DNA of 64,000 bases from Aureliella sp. (GCA_963691875.1 OY829846.1:2688001-2752000); one strand, 5' to 3'. Counted from the first letter of the stretch, positions 35,471 through 46,971 are shown. The notes: generated by a model not told the origin, from the sequence alone. Numbers and translations are program-made.

Positions 35471-37951
35471 ATGCTGCGACCCAGACGCAATTCTCTGCAT
35501 GGAATATTCTTCGCCTCGTTGATGCTGATTTTGGGACCTGCGCAGGCAGCAACAGCTGACGACAATCTAAACCAAAAGGTGTGGACTTCAGCAGAGCGTC
35601 TTGAAGAGTCTGGAGCGGATGTAGAGGGTACGGCAGTGGATTTGGCCGAGGCATACCGGAAGACAATTGGCCCGCTTGTCGCGAGTCATTGTCTGGATTG
35701 TCACGGAGAGGATGATCCTAGCGGGGGATTGCCATTGCATGCTAGACACCTCGGTAAGCTCAAGACTGCATCTGTGCAAGACGCTTGGCTGCGGATCGAA
35801 CGGGTACTGGAAGAAGGCTCCATGCCGCCCGACGAGCCATTGAACGCGGAAGACTCTGGCGAGTTCAGGACTTGGTTGAGGCAAGCGATTGCCGCGGCGC
35901 GTGCCGGAGAGCTTCGCCCGGATGCGATGCCGCGTCTGTTAAACCGGCGAGAATACCAAAGCACATTGAACGATCTTCTTGGGATCGAGATGGATCATGT
36001 TCTCGATTTTCCGGTGGACCCTCGCTCGCTGGACGGTTTTCGCAATGACGCTTCGATGCTGCGACCAACCTCGTTGCACATGGAGCTTTTTTTGGCGAGT
36101 GCACGAAGAGCTCTCGAACGTGCAGTTGTCCCGTCGGAACCACCAGCTCCATTTCGTAGAGAATTCCTGGAAAGTAACTTGGATCGCTGGAACGGCGATG
36201 GTCAGCGTGCGAATCGACTCGGGCGTAAGCAAGAGTTCCTAGCACACATGCCAAAGGATTACCCTGAAACGGGGCCGTTCACTGTCCGCGTTCAATTGAA
36301 CGCCGAATTAAAACCTAAAAAGGGTTTTCCATTGCTGGAGGTGTCCGTCGGCTATCGGCCGGACACACAGATTCTGCTGCGTGAGTTCCCTCTCGTGGAA
36401 GTCACGGAAACTGAGTCGCAAGAGTTTGTTTTTCATGGCTATCTTGACGACTTCCCTTTGCCCGTTCGCGGACAAGGCAAATTTCCGGGGCTCGTCGTTC
36501 GGGTACGCAATCGCTATGACGATGGAAGCCCTCTTCCAAAACGCGAAAAGAAGCAGAAGGAGTATCCAGATGAACCAGAGCTACCGAAGCTGACCATCGA
36601 GAGTGTCGTCCTAGAAACGCCAAGCCAAGAAAACTGGCCCCCTCCGCAACACTTCGCCATTCTGCCCGAGTCGGAATTACGAGCTAAGGCCGCTGATTCC
36701 TACACGAGAGAGGTCTTGAGAAACTTTACCAGCAAGGCATTCCGCCGCCCTGCCATCGAGGTAGAGGTCGATGGCTTGATGAGTTTCTTCAAAGCGACAC
36801 AGAAGGACTTTCCGCAGTTCGAAGATGCGATGCGAGAGACCTTGGCGTTTGTATTGATTCAGCCAAGCTTCCTGTATCGAGATTACGTGCCAGAATCGGT
36901 CATGCGAGAGGACGCATCAACGATTAATGCAGAGCAGTTCGCGTTGGCGTCTCGTCTGTCTTATTTCCTATGGCGATCGATGCCAGATGACTCTTTACTC
37001 CAGTTGGCACAAGATGGCAGACTGTCGGATGCGGACAGTCTGCTCAATGAAGTCGCTCGCATGTTGGATGACCCGCGTTTTGATCGCTGCTTGAAGGACT
37101 TTGTTTCCGACTGGCTGCAGCTGCAACATGTAGATTCCGTAGCGGTGGACCGACGCATTCGAAACTGGAACGAGGATCTGAAACTCGACTTTATTGCTCA
37201 GCCCGTAGCCTTGTTTCGTGAACTGTTGCACCAGAATCTCAGCGCACTGAATCTACTGGACAGCTCTTTTGTGATGGTGAATGAGCCGCTAGCGAAACAC
37301 TATGGAATTGAGAATGTTCTGGGCAGTAGACTGCGCCCCGTACCTGTGTCCGATAGAAGCCTCCGCGGTGGCTTGTTGGGACAAGCCGGATTCTTCCTGG
37401 CAGGATCAAATGGTAAGAACTCGCATCCGATTCGTAGGGCCGTTTTTATTCGCGATCGATTACTGCTTGATCCTCCACTTCCCCCGCCAGCCGATGTCCC
37501 GTCGCTGGACGAAGCATCGAAAGAATTCGCGAAGCTTTCGATCGCCGAGCAGCTAGAGATTCACCGCGAGGCGGAAGGTTGCGCGAGCTGTCACCGAGAT
37601 CTCGACCCCTGGGGGCTGGCTTTCGAAGGATTCGATGCAGTTGGCCGTTGGCGGGGCGACGATGACAAGTCTGCAAAGCGAGGCAAAGGGGAGGGTGAGT
37701 CCATAACTTTCAGCAATGGTAAGACCTTGGCGGGCATGCGCGATGTGAAGGAACATTTGCTGTCGGAGTATCGATATGAGTTTGCCAAATCTTTAGTTAG
37801 TCGAATGCTGAGTTTCGCGCTCGGCAGGTCGCTTAACTTGGCCGATGAAGCAGAAGTAGACCGAATTACGCTTGAGTTTGCGAGTAGGAATTTCCGGCTT
37901 AGCGATTTGTTTAGTATTATCGTAAGCAGCAAGCTCTTTATGGAAGGCTGA
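35471..37951 (+). CDS. Planctomycete DUF1592/DUF1588/DUF1585-type (PSD) protein with cytochrome c motifs
   Basis: Signal peptide, CLDCH..MPP, RLLNRREYQSTLNDLLG, LASRLSYFLWRSMPD, SHPIRRAVFI, CASCH. Confidence 0.9.
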   Translation: MLRPRRNSLHGIFFASLMLILGPAQAATADDNLNQKVWTSAERLEESGADVEGTAVDLAEAYRKTIGPLVASHCLDCHGEDDPSGGLPLHARHLGKLKTASVQDAWLRIERVLEEGSMPPDEPLNAEDSGEFRTWLRQAIAAARAGELRPDAMPRLLNRREYQSTLNDLLGIEMDHVLDFPVDPRSLDGFRNDASMLRPTSLHMELFLASARRALERAVVPSEPPAPFRREFLESNLDRWNGDGQRANRLGRKQEFLAHMPKDYPETGPFTVRVQLNAELKPKKGFPLLEVSVGYRPDTQILLREFPLVEVTETESQEFVFHGYLDDFPLPVRGQGKFPGLVVRVRNRYDDGSPLPKREKKQKEYPDEPELPKLTIESVVLETPSQENWPPPQHFAILPESELRAKAADSYTREVLRNFTSKAFRRPAIEVEVDGLMSFFKATQKDFPQFEDAMRETLAFVLIQPSFLYRDYVPESVMREDASTINAEQFALASRLSYFLWRSMPDDSLLQLAQDGRLSDADSLLNEVARMLDDPRFDRCLKDFVSDWLQLQHVDSVAVDRRIRNWNEDLKLDFIAQPVALFRELLHQNLSALNLLDSSFVMVNEPLAKHYGIENVLGSRLRPVPVSDRSLRGGLLGQAGFFLAGSNGKNSHPIRRAVFIRDRLLLDPPLPPPADVPSLDEASKEFAKLSIAEQLEIHREAEGCASCHRDLDPWGLAFEGFDAVGRWRGDDDKSAKRGKGEGESITFSNGKTLAGMRDVKEHLLSEYRYEFAKSLVSRMLSFALGRSLNLADEAEVDRITLEFASRNFRLSDLFSIIVSSKLFMEG

Positions 37952-37953
37952 AG

Positions 37954-39303
37954 ATGGCACAAAAATCCTGGCATTTAAGTCGACGTAAGATGTTGTTTGG
38001 CACGGGGGCTTCCCTCGCCTTGCCCTGGATGCAGTGCATGACACGAGCTGCTTCTGTGAAGGCATCTATTCCACCGACGCGATTCTGCTCGATGTATTTT
38101 GGGTTTGGCGTGAGTCTTCCGGACGCCAAGGGCGAGCATGCGCAATGGCGTTGGTTCCCAGAGCAAGAAGGTGCTGACTACGAGCTGAACTCAACGCTGC
38201 ACCCTCTCGAATGCCGCCGTGATGATGTGACCGTACTGGGAGGCCTTTCCCATCCCAATGGAAGACGCATGGGAGCGCATGACACCGGCGATACCTTTCT
38301 GACTGGTGCGTTCTTGAACAACAAGTACTTACAGAACACGATCTCGCTAGATCAGATTCTGGCAGAACAGACGCGTGAGCAAGTTCGATTTCCATCCTTG
38401 GTACTTTCGACTGACGGCGGGGTTGGGGAACCGACTCGCTCGAGCACGCTTTCCTATGATTCGAAAGGCCGGCCGATTCCGGCGTTAAACCAGCCTCAGC
38501 AAGTCTATGAGCGATTCTTTGGCAAGGGCGACGTGGATACACTGGTTCGGCGGCGGCAACTTGGCAGCACCAAGAAAATGCTTGATCTCGTGCTTGATGA
38601 CTCGAAGAATTTGCAGCGTTTGCTTGGTTCTTCCGACCGGCGTGTGCTTGAAGAGTACTTGGACTCGGTACGTAAGGTTGAGAGAGATGTAGAGCTGTCC
38701 CAGTCTTGGCTTGATAAACCTCGCCCCGAGCTCACCGACAACGAACTTCTCGAACTGGACCTGGAGTCCAACGAGCAGGCACCGCATCGTTTCATTGAAA
38801 CAATGTACGGCCTGCTGTTCCTTGCGTTTCGAACTGATTCAACACGTGTTGCCACGTATCAGATCACGAACATGGCGGACGCTTCCTCTAAGGCTGGCAA
38901 GTTCCCTCAACTGCAAGGATTCAAGAAGTCGCTACACTCACTTGCTCACGATTGGAACAAGCCGGGCGGGGCGGAAGCACTTGGGAAATGGGATCGCTTC
39001 ATGATTGAGCGGCTCGCCAACTTCTTAGAACAGCTTGCCTGCGTCGAAGATGAGAATGCACGTCTACTCGATAACACCATCGTGCTCTACGGCAGCAGCA
39101 ATAGCAATACCCACAATAACAATAACTATCCCCTGATTCTCGCTGGCGGCAGCAATGTCGGCTTCAAGCATGGGAGCTACCGGCGTTTCGCTAACGATGT
39201 CCCCATGTCCAATCTCTTGCTGACGATCGCCAATCGATTCCCTCAAGAGTTGGAGCAGTTTGCCGATAGCACTGGCGAAATCAGCGAACTAATGGGTGCG
39301 TAG
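37954..39303 (+). CDS. DUF1552 family protein (Tat signal)
   Basis: LSRRKMLFGTGASLALPW, ISLDQ, RFPSLVL, LEEYLDSVRKVE, TDSTRVATY, LLDNTIVLYGS, YPLILAGG; canonical partner of DUF1592. Confidence 0.9.
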   Translation: MAQKSWHLSRRKMLFGTGASLALPWMQCMTRAASVKASIPPTRFCSMYFGFGVSLPDAKGEHAQWRWFPEQEGADYELNSTLHPLECRRDDVTVLGGLSHPNGRRMGAHDTGDTFLTGAFLNNKYLQNTISLDQILAEQTREQVRFPSLVLSTDGGVGEPTRSSTLSYDSKGRPIPALNQPQQVYERFFGKGDVDTLVRRRQLGSTKKMLDLVLDDSKNLQRLLGSSDRRVLEEYLDSVRKVERDVELSQSWLDKPRPELTDNELLELDLESNEQAPHRFIETMYGLLFLAFRTDSTRVATYQITNMADASSKAGKFPQLQGFKKSLHSLAHDWNKPGGAEALGKWDRFMIERLANFLEQLACVEDENARLLDNTIVLYGSSNSNTHNNNNYPLILAGGSNVGFKHGSYRRFANDVPMSNLLLTIANRFPQELEQFADSTGEISELMGA

Positions 39304-39869
39304 AAAACCAAGGTGAGGCTGGATGGCAGGTCTCATTTCTGTTGCAGATTGCTCGGCGTTGGAGCGGAAAGCTGCTCGGCACAATTAGGACATAAGTCTC
39401 TCGCACTTTCGGATACGCGCAGATAGGCGTGCCCTACTTCAATCTCGCCGATTGCGGCAGTCTTCGCCGCCAGTTCGGATTCACCGCACTGGCGCCCTGG
39501 ACGTCCACCATTGAATGGTCAGAGCGTCGTTCTTGTATCAGATTGTTTATGAGTCAATCAGACTCCTTGCTGCCATACTGTGCTACTCCCCTGCCTTTGG
39601 GATGCGGCTTCTCAAATGCTGGCAGCAGACGCTTTGCCGCGGTTTGACTTCCAGCAGCGATTTTGCCCTCAGATAAAAGCGTTTTTGAGAGCGAGAGGAC
39701 AACCCTCTGCGGTCGAACTTCCGCGCCGCTGTTAATGCAGACGTAGGCGGCGGAAAAGATGAAAAAATAGAACTTTATCTGCATCCAAACCGGCATGCTC
39801 CGCGAATACTAGGATGAATATGCAAATTCGCAGAGATAAGACGTTAAAGCACCCATTTGGAGATGCGGT

Positions 39870-40076
39870 ATGAAGAAAGCAAACAAAGACCAACAGCAAG
39901 TTCAAACAAACTTCCGAAGCGTGTGGACTGAACGTGAACGCGTCGAGAGAAGACTGCTAGCACAACAAAAGCAGATGTGGCTTTTCGAAACGATTGGGTT
40001 GAGATCTTTAACTTGTGTCGCAAAACCAGAAGCTTCGCAATTGGCAGAGTGGCTCTGTTTCGTGAAACCGAACTGA
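39870..40076 (+). CDS. Small hypothetical protein
   Basis: GGAG SD upstream of ATG; 68-aa charged helical sequence. Confidence 0.4.
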   Translation: MKKANKDQQQVQTNFRSVWTERERVERRLLAQQKQMWLFETIGLRSLTCVAKPEASQLAEWLCFVKPN

Positions 40077-40609
40077 TCCCGTCAGAGTGGTTTTGGAGTC
40101 TTACGGTGCGACAAGCAGTGCAATGATCCCGTAACAAGCAGTCGGTTAAAGCTGTTTTCAGACCAAAGAAATAGCGCCGAAGATAAAGGAACAGAGTAAG
40201 AAAACGCCCAGACTCGCGACGGAAATGAGCAGTGCCGAAACCTATTCGTCATCGATTCGTAACTGCAGGGTCCGATCTACCCGTTCAAGGCGAAGAGAGT
40301 TCATGGGCATCGACCGTTCGGGACAGGGAAGGAAAAGCGGACACATCTTGACAGCGCTTGATCGACGGAGGGGCGGCTGTATCGCCAAACGACCTCTGGG
40401 ATCGCGACGCCTACGCAATGGATGCGTCCCGCGGACAAGGCTTTACTTTTTTGGTGTGATTCCCTGCTTGGGCAGCGCGTAGATTTGAGCAATCGAATGG
40501 CCCGCTCCTAAACTGAGTCCGATGGATCGCGAACTCGTATTCACGGATGTTTCCTTGGTACGCGATACGGCAATGAGTCTCATATGATTTGGTGAACGAG
40601 GGTCGACGT

Positions 40610-41150
40610 TGATCCTGTGGACTTCGCAGACAAGCCGTCAGTTGAAATACCCTTTGGCGATGGAATATCGAGCACCCTGATCGGAACAAGCCCTTCACGA
40701 CTTTGCACGCCGTATGAACGCCGAAGCGAAGTGGGTCGGAAGGTGGTTCTTCATCTACTTGGTTTCACGAAGACGCTTGGCTGGATTAACATACTGGAGA
40801 CACTCCGTTGGACGCACCAGATTCATCCACTTGTCTCGGAGGATTATCAGCTCAACCCCACCAAACCGACATTGCTTGGAGAAGGAGCGTATGAGCTAGA
40901 CTTTGTATGGCAATGAATGCGGATTCATATCGGCGTTGAAGCTTACCACGCGTTCTTTGCTGGCAGTTTTCCAGGGGCATAGCCACAAGAACGAATATGA
41001 AGACATCAAAAGGATCCGCTTCTGCACGCCCGTTGCCATGGTGGAATGGCCAGTGGCTGAAACAGTGGTCACTATCTCATGAGCAGTCGCCTTGACGGTA
41101 CGATCATCGTTGAAGGCGTTCGTAAGCAGAGCGACTATCATTGGCCAACC
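40610..41150 (+). pseudogene. Metallophosphoesterase remnant
   Basis: Fragments in different frames: DFADKP; LLAVFQGHSHKNEY..IRFCTPVAMVE (GHSH at 40975-40986); DGTIIVEGVRKQSDYHW. Confidence 0.65.
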
Positions 41151-41268
41151 TTAACCGTCCCTAGTGTATCTTGGTTTCCGATTGTTGGGCAGTGGCCGGC
41201 GAACTTCGCAATGGGATTCTCGCTAGGCGATCCAAGGTGTGCGCTGTCGCAGGAAAAAGGAGCGATGC

Positions 41269-43065
41269 TCACAGGGAGCGGCTTAAGCTATTGCAAGCTC
41301 CCTGCTGTTTGCACCTTCGCTTTTTTATCTTCGGAAACAAGGTGGTTACATTGACACCTTTAGAACGCGTACAAGGTGTTGGCTTCCGGTGTTTTCTTGT
41401 GGCGTTTACCTTCGGCTGGTACTGCAAATGTTGTTTTGTGCTCAGAATGAATGGAAACATTCTTTTCTTGCTACTGGAATAGCATCTTTTGAAACAGGCT
41501 TCACGCCTACTCGACTTGAGGATTGAGTGTCGACATTTTTGTTGAATTGGTGCCGTGGCAGATAGTTTTGCGGGCCATTGCATAGCCACGCGATGTTGTT
41601 GTCCGACCGTTAAAGGCCCTGCCAATTGCTTCTGTCCACCGGGCCAGGTGATTTCGACCATCACAGGCTCTTGATGCTCGCCTAAACCAAAGTGTAACCG
41701 AGAATCACTCTGGTTACCCTCTCCCGTTGAGGGTTCGACAAAGCGAGTCAGCACTCGTTTTCCAATCCGAATTCGTGCGACCGCACCAAAGGCTGATCGA
41801 CTGACTTGAGTTCCATTGCCCGCTAGGTGCAGTTCAATCCAATTGCCTCGTTCCGCATCATTCCGAAATAGTCTTCCCGCAGTGCATAAATCAAGATCTC
41901 CGTCATTATCAAGGTCCGCCCAAGCTGACTGATATGTGGGAGGTAGATCCGGCAGTGACTCGTCGCGGGTCGTGTTTTTAAATTTCCATTCCCCTTGGTT
42001 GGCATAGAGGACGGGGAAGTTCTTAAGGTTTCCACTCCCGACACCGTAGACGGTCGTAAAGTAAAGATCCAGATCGCCATCGTTGTCGTAATCCCCTAAG
42101 GCCGCTGAAGCGAAGGATTCTTGCCAACTTAATCCGGCCCCCTCGGATCGGTCCTCAAATTTAAATTCCCCTTCGGCTCCTAGATTTCGCAGGAACTGAG
42201 GATGATCTTGCCCTGGCCTCGGATGACTGAAGTTGCCCACGAAGATGTCTAGATGTCCATCATCATCCAGGTCACCGAGTGCCGAGCCGATGGTATGGCC
42301 ATAGACAAGATACTGAATACCTCCGGTGTAATTGATAGTCCCACCATCGCCTTGGCCAGCTGCCCCAAGAGATTTCGCAACCTCTTCGAACTCTCCTTCG
42401 CCTTGGTTGATCCATAGGTGGTTTGGTTGTAGACGGTAGTTGGAAACAAAAACGTCAATTCTTCCATCTTCGTTCAGGTCAGCTGCGACCACCCCGCGTG
42501 CGGAATAGCACGCACCTTCGGGTGAACGCCACACTTCCTCGAAGGTACCATCGGATTGATTGAGATAGATCACGTCCGGATGGACTTTTTGTTGCCAGAT
42601 TTCATAGCCAGCAACAAACAGATCCAATCGACCATCTAAATTGAAGTCACTCCAAATGGCCCCTCTTGAATTGACGGTCGGCAGTGGCGGAAAGTCCACT
42701 TGTTCGAATTTGCCACCGCCGGTGTTGCGGTAAAGACCACCATTGCCGGTGAAAAAAAATAGATCGGGTCGGCCGTCGTTATCAAAATCTCCCCAGATCG
42801 CCTCCCCGCCGGGTAAGCCGCTCTGGGCTACGGGGGTCAAACGCTTTCCCTGGTCATTGTGAAACAGTTGACCAGCAAATAGATCGACCCAACCATCGCC
42901 ATCGTAGTCGGAAAATGCAGCTTTCCCGCCCCCTGAAAATCCCAAAGCTTCGCTCACATCGGTGAATTGCGCTTCGCTGTTGCTGACAGGAAGAATTCCA
43001 AACAGACAAATTGTGAGACTCATCAGATGACGATTGTCGAATTGACCAATTTTGTGACTCTTCAT
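41269..43065 (-). CDS. CRTAC1/ASPIC-UnbV family FG-GAP repeat protein
   Basis: Signal peptide, multiple DxDxDGxxDL repeats, C-terminal GNWIELHL..AFGAVARI..RLHFGLG..VEITWPGG ASPIC domain; suspicious ~100-aa extension. Confidence 0.88.
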   Translation of the reverse strand: MKSHKIGQFDNRHLMSLTICLFGILPVSNSEAQFTDVSEALGFSGGGKAAFSDYDGDGWVDLFAGQLFHNDQGKRLTPVAQSGLPGGEAIWGDFDNDGRPDLFFFTGNGGLYRNTGGGKFEQVDFPPLPTVNSRGAIWSDFNLDGRLDLFVAGYEIWQQKVHPDVIYLNQSDGTFEEVWRSPEGACYSARGVVAADLNEDGRIDVFVSNYRLQPNHLWINQGEGEFEEVAKSLGAAGQGDGGTINYTGGIQYLVYGHTIGSALGDLDDDGHLDIFVGNFSHPRPGQDHPQFLRNLGAEGEFKFEDRSEGAGLSWQESFASAALGDYDNDGDLDLYFTTVYGVGSGNLKNFPVLYANQGEWKFKNTTRDESLPDLPPTYQSAWADLDNDGDLDLCTAGRLFRNDAERGNWIELHLAGNGTQVSRSAFGAVARIRIGKRVLTRFVEPSTGEGNQSDSRLHFGLGEHQEPVMVEITWPGGQKQLAGPLTVGQQHRVAMQWPAKLSATAPIQQKCRHSILKSSRREACFKRCYSSSKKRMFPFILSTKQHLQYQPKVNATRKHRKPTPCTRSKGVNVTTLFPKIKKRRCKQQGACNSLSRSL

Positions 43066-43748
43066 GTCAAACAGTTCCTGTGTCTTCAATACGTGGACTG
43101 AGACCGTGAGATGTTTTTGCTATGGAGACCGAAGTCTTCAATAGAGCCTAAAGACCAAAGCAAAACACCATTGTCCGCCTAACAGACTTTGTCAGACGGT
43201 TGGGTGTAGTTCGGAGATTTTAACTGATTTGTTCCGCGGCAAACGTTGATTTGGAGCCGCGCTGCGGCGGCTTCTTGGGAAAACATCGCGGTGAAAATCT
43301 AGCGAGGTTTCAACTCGGGAGGACACGGCAAAGAGCTTCAGTCATCCTGCGATTATTCATCATCCTACTCGGTGGATCGGTTTGCCATTGTGAGGCAGCG
43401 TTGAAGCGCCCCGTAAATTTGATAGGTGAGGCAATTTCTATCCGTCTAGCACCGACCTGCAAACCAAGTGACTTCGCTGCATCGTGCGGTCGCCGGAAGC
43501 TTTGGGGAAAACCTCTCACAACCAAGTGGTATCAGCGAGTGTTGAAACAGCGGCACCAAGAGTCGCAAGGGCGTGTAAAATCGATGTCTTGTCAGACCGT
43601 GAGGATTTCATCTGTGGAGCAATATGAGCCGTAATTCCTACCTTATCCCCCGTCGTGGAACCCCATTGCGAGTTTTCCTTCGGACAGCGAAACGGCTTGA
43701 GGGCTAAGTGGATACCTTACTGTCCAAGCAACCTTAGGCGGCGAACAC

Positions 43749-44537
43749 TTAGCCGTCGTGCGTTAGCTTGGTTAACCAGGCATCTAGCACTTGATTGAAT
43801 CCGAAAGCGTTTTCAAGAGGGCTCATGTGCCCCACATCGGCGAGTACTTCGAACTGGCAGTCGGGGATCCACTCCGCCCAGTGCTTCGTGTCCTCAGGCG
43901 GGGCGATCATATCATGCTCGCCAGTGATCACCAACGTTGGCGTTTCCATACTGCCCAGCCGTGTAGAGAACTCTTTTCTCGACGCCATTGCCCGTTGCGA
44001 AGCGGCTAAAGTTTTGGCAGAAACACTCGCAATCATTTGAGCCATCAACTGACTTGCTTGCTCTGGCGCGTTTGGCCCAAGGAGTTTACCTGCCATTCCT
44101 TCCGTCGCCGGCAATGCACCGACTTGCAAAGCCATTTCAGCCATTCTTAGACGCAAGTTCCTTCCACGCTCATCCTCGACAGTCGGCTTCGCATTCGCCA
44201 GGACTAGCCCAGCAAGTTGCCGGCTGTGGCGGGCCCAATACTCGAAGGCGACGTAGCTACCCATCGAAAGTCCACACAGAAAAACTTTCTCAGACTCTGC
44301 CACTTTTGAGCGAATGAACTCGACATCGTCCGCTAGCTGTGCGAGCGAAAACGACTCCTCCACAGAGGATTGTCCGAAACCGCGGAACTCAGGACATATC
44401 ACTTGGTACCGCTGCGAAAAATACTCCAACTGCTCGAGCCACATTCGGTGATCGAGCGGGAAGCCATGCAGAAAGATCAGAGTTTGGCCGCTGCCTTTTG
44501 CCACGACGGAATGCGTCGCGCCGTCGGGGCCAATCAT
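43749..44537 (-). CDS. Alpha/beta hydrolase (enol-lactonase-like)
   Basis: FLHGFPLD, GLSMGS nucleophile elbow, TGEHD, GHMSPLE. Confidence 0.88.
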   Translation of the reverse strand: MIGPDGATHSVVAKGSGQTLIFLHGFPLDHRMWLEQLEYFSQRYQVICPEFRGFGQSSVEESFSLAQLADDVEFIRSKVAESEKVFLCGLSMGSYVAFEYWARHSRQLAGLVLANAKPTVEDERGRNLRLRMAEMALQVGALPATEGMAGKLLGPNAPEQASQLMAQMIASVSAKTLAASQRAMASRKEFSTRLGSMETPTLVITGEHDMIAPPEDTKHWAEWIPDCQFEVLADVGHMSPLENAFGFNQVLDAWLTKLTHDG

Positions 44538-44753
44538 AGAAAGCTGGTGAGTCAATTTGGGAGCCGAGAACGATGCGAGGACGCAATTTGTTGCCGGGGA
44601 AACGACAAGAGCGAATTCGATTTTTGCTAGATTTGGCTATTCATTCAATGACACTCCAACGGCGGTTTGACTCTAGACTATTTGGCTAGTCATGGTCGCA
44701 AACGACCCACGGTGTGTCGCGATCTCGTCGGCTAATGTTGCATTTCTGACGGT

Positions 44754-46748
44754 TCAGTGCAAATTCCATTCGACTTCGAGCTCCTTCAGTGAGTTGCGCA
44801 GTTTTTCGTAGAGCTTGGATTCTTCTTCGCGAAGACGCGGAACTCGTTCCTGCTCGATCTCTTGGATCGCTTGCTCGGCTTCGTCTAGCTCGTGCCGCCA
44901 ACGATTCGTGAGTTCGTCCTGTCCACCTGCTTTGATGTTTTCTCGCAGTCGATTTTGCTTCTCCATCAAACGCTCTGAACGCACGACCGCATTCGAGATC
45001 TCAGACTTCTTTTGTTGCAATGCTTCGTTCGCTGAAACACAAGCTTTTATACGAGCGTTGTCGGCGAGCGGTCCATCGCTGCGAATAATGTTCTTTTCCA
45101 ACCATTCTACGTTGAGTCTTTCCGACTGACTCGTCACCGTAACGAGACTGATCTCGCTATCTTCGACACTTGATTCATGAATCGTTAGGCAACAGTCCGA
45201 ATTGGGCGGCAGCACCAACTTATAACGGAGACCGCTAGAGAGCTTTTCATTATGCTCGATTTCGGTCTGTTCATTGGCCAGACGGAGAGTGGCCCGAGTA
45301 CTAGCGGCTTCAAGAAGCAGATCATGGTCCAACACAAGTTTCTGGGAACGATCCAAACTGTTCTTGATGTAATACTCAATCTTGCCAGCCCTCTGGAGAG
45401 CGCTCGAGACGACACCATCTCCAATGTGCACGGCAATCAGCGTACTGCTAAAAGGACTTGCATGTTCTCGGTTTATCTTTACGCCGGTATCGAGTGCATG
45501 GGGCAGCAAACGTGACTCACCAGGTTTGAGAATCGGGATCACGCAGCTTCCCGCGTATGCTGATTCTTCATAGACAGTGCATGCACCACGCCCAAGCGAG
45601 AACGATGTTTCGTTCTTGAATTCAATCGATCGAAACGGTCTTTCTTCGTGGTTTTCACGCTTGTAGTGCAGGATGGAATCAGTGTCGTCAATTTCTCTTC
45701 GAAACACCGGTATAACGGCCGAATGCTTTGCAGGAATCGAGACAGTGCACTCAGATTCGAACCGAGTAAAGTCACCAACCTCTCGGACTTCAGCCGAGGC
45801 CATCTCTGCCGCGGAAAGCGTGGAAGTTGGTTGCGAGAAGGCAAAATCTGCGAATCGCGATCGCACTCCGTCCGAGCCTCCCAGATGGTCATCTGAGTCT
45901 TCGTACTCGCATCCTCCTACATCAGCCATAACTACCATGCCTCCTTCAACATCAACGGCCCCCATTGCCATGTCACTGACCAAGTTGACATGCTTTCGCC
46001 CGGGAGTCTTTCGATCTGCTAGATCCGTCGAGAAAGTGATCGGTTCTCCGGTCACCACACTAATATGAAATTGATCCCAGTCCTCGTCTGTGTTGTTGTC
46101 GACGATCGCAAAGCCTTGAAGTTCTGCAGGGTGGTCATCAGACATGCGGAGGCGATAGGAGATCTTCCAAGCGGCCGCAGGAATGGTGTACTGGATGATC
46201 GCTTCCGCTTCTTCTTCCGCTGACATGACCATGTCTACAAAAGTACTGTCCGGCTTGATCTTTTGGTAATTGCGTTGCAAGGCTTTGTCGATTTCCGTGC
46301 GTACTTCGGCGTCGAGAAATTGGAAACTCTGAATCTCCCGCAACGGTGCCCTCCGCAATCCATCTTCACACAAGACGATAAGAGATTTCGGCCGGATTGG
46401 ACTGCCAGCCGTTCCTTCCTCTTCTTGATGTAACCCCATCAGTTTTCCGGTGATCTTCCCTGAAGCATGCTCAATCTCAATATTGGCACCGCTCAGACTC
46501 GAAGCCAAATCCACCAACACAGAATTCGGATTGACGGAAATGTTTCCATCCAAGTCATTGGAAGGCCGGTATGTCGGCGGCGAGTCAAGTCGTACCTTGC
46601 CGAACACGTTGAGAGAAGCCAGGACGTCAGCCAAGTGGTCTTGGCAAACCGGTATCGAAACTCGCTCCGGTTGTTGGGCACCGACCAAGAATGACCGGCG
46701 AAAGTCCGCGATGCCGTTCGAGTAGATGATAACTTGGTTTTTGCTCAT
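44754..46748 (-). CDS. DUF4139-like protein
   Basis: VIIYSNGIADFRR, LADVLASL, WKISYRL, GFAIVDNNTDEDW..SVVTGEPITF, C-terminal coiled coil. Confidence 0.7.
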   Translation of the reverse strand: MSKNQVIIYSNGIADFRRSFLVGAQQPERVSIPVCQDHLADVLASLNVFGKVRLDSPPTYRPSNDLDGNISVNPNSVLVDLASSLSGANIEIEHASGKITGKLMGLHQEEEGTAGSPIRPKSLIVLCEDGLRRAPLREIQSFQFLDAEVRTEIDKALQRNYQKIKPDSTFVDMVMSAEEEAEAIIQYTIPAAAWKISYRLRMSDDHPAELQGFAIVDNNTDEDWDQFHISVVTGEPITFSTDLADRKTPGRKHVNLVSDMAMGAVDVEGGMVVMADVGGCEYEDSDDHLGGSDGVRSRFADFAFSQPTSTLSAAEMASAEVREVGDFTRFESECTVSIPAKHSAVIPVFRREIDDTDSILHYKRENHEERPFRSIEFKNETSFSLGRGACTVYEESAYAGSCVIPILKPGESRLLPHALDTGVKINREHASPFSSTLIAVHIGDGVVSSALQRAGKIEYYIKNSLDRSQKLVLDHDLLLEAASTRATLRLANEQTEIEHNEKLSSGLRYKLVLPPNSDCCLTIHESSVEDSEISLVTVTSQSERLNVEWLEKNIIRSDGPLADNARIKACVSANEALQQKKSEISNAVVRSERLMEKQNRLRENIKAGGQDELTNRWRHELDEAEQAIQEIEQERVPRLREEESKLYEKLRNSLKELEVEWNLH

Positions 46749-46971
46749 CGGAAAGCTCCGCACCTCGTTGTTTCACTAGATTGTTCAAGGACGTATTCTA
46801 CGGAAGGCTCATCGAATCAACCAGCAGAGACGGACAGTCGACAGGGCCAATCGTGTCTTCAATTTGCACAAGATTGTCTTTTCACCAAAAGATGCGTAGG
46901 CACCTGATCAAGTTCACGAAAAAACCCACGATTTCTCGTGGGCCTGGATGATTTCGACCTGGGCTCCAAAA

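Noticed and set aside
39440..39500. Cobalamin riboswitch-like CGGTGAATCCG hairpin on the minus strand
   Set aside because: No upstream GGGAA, no B12 box and no suitable downstream gene
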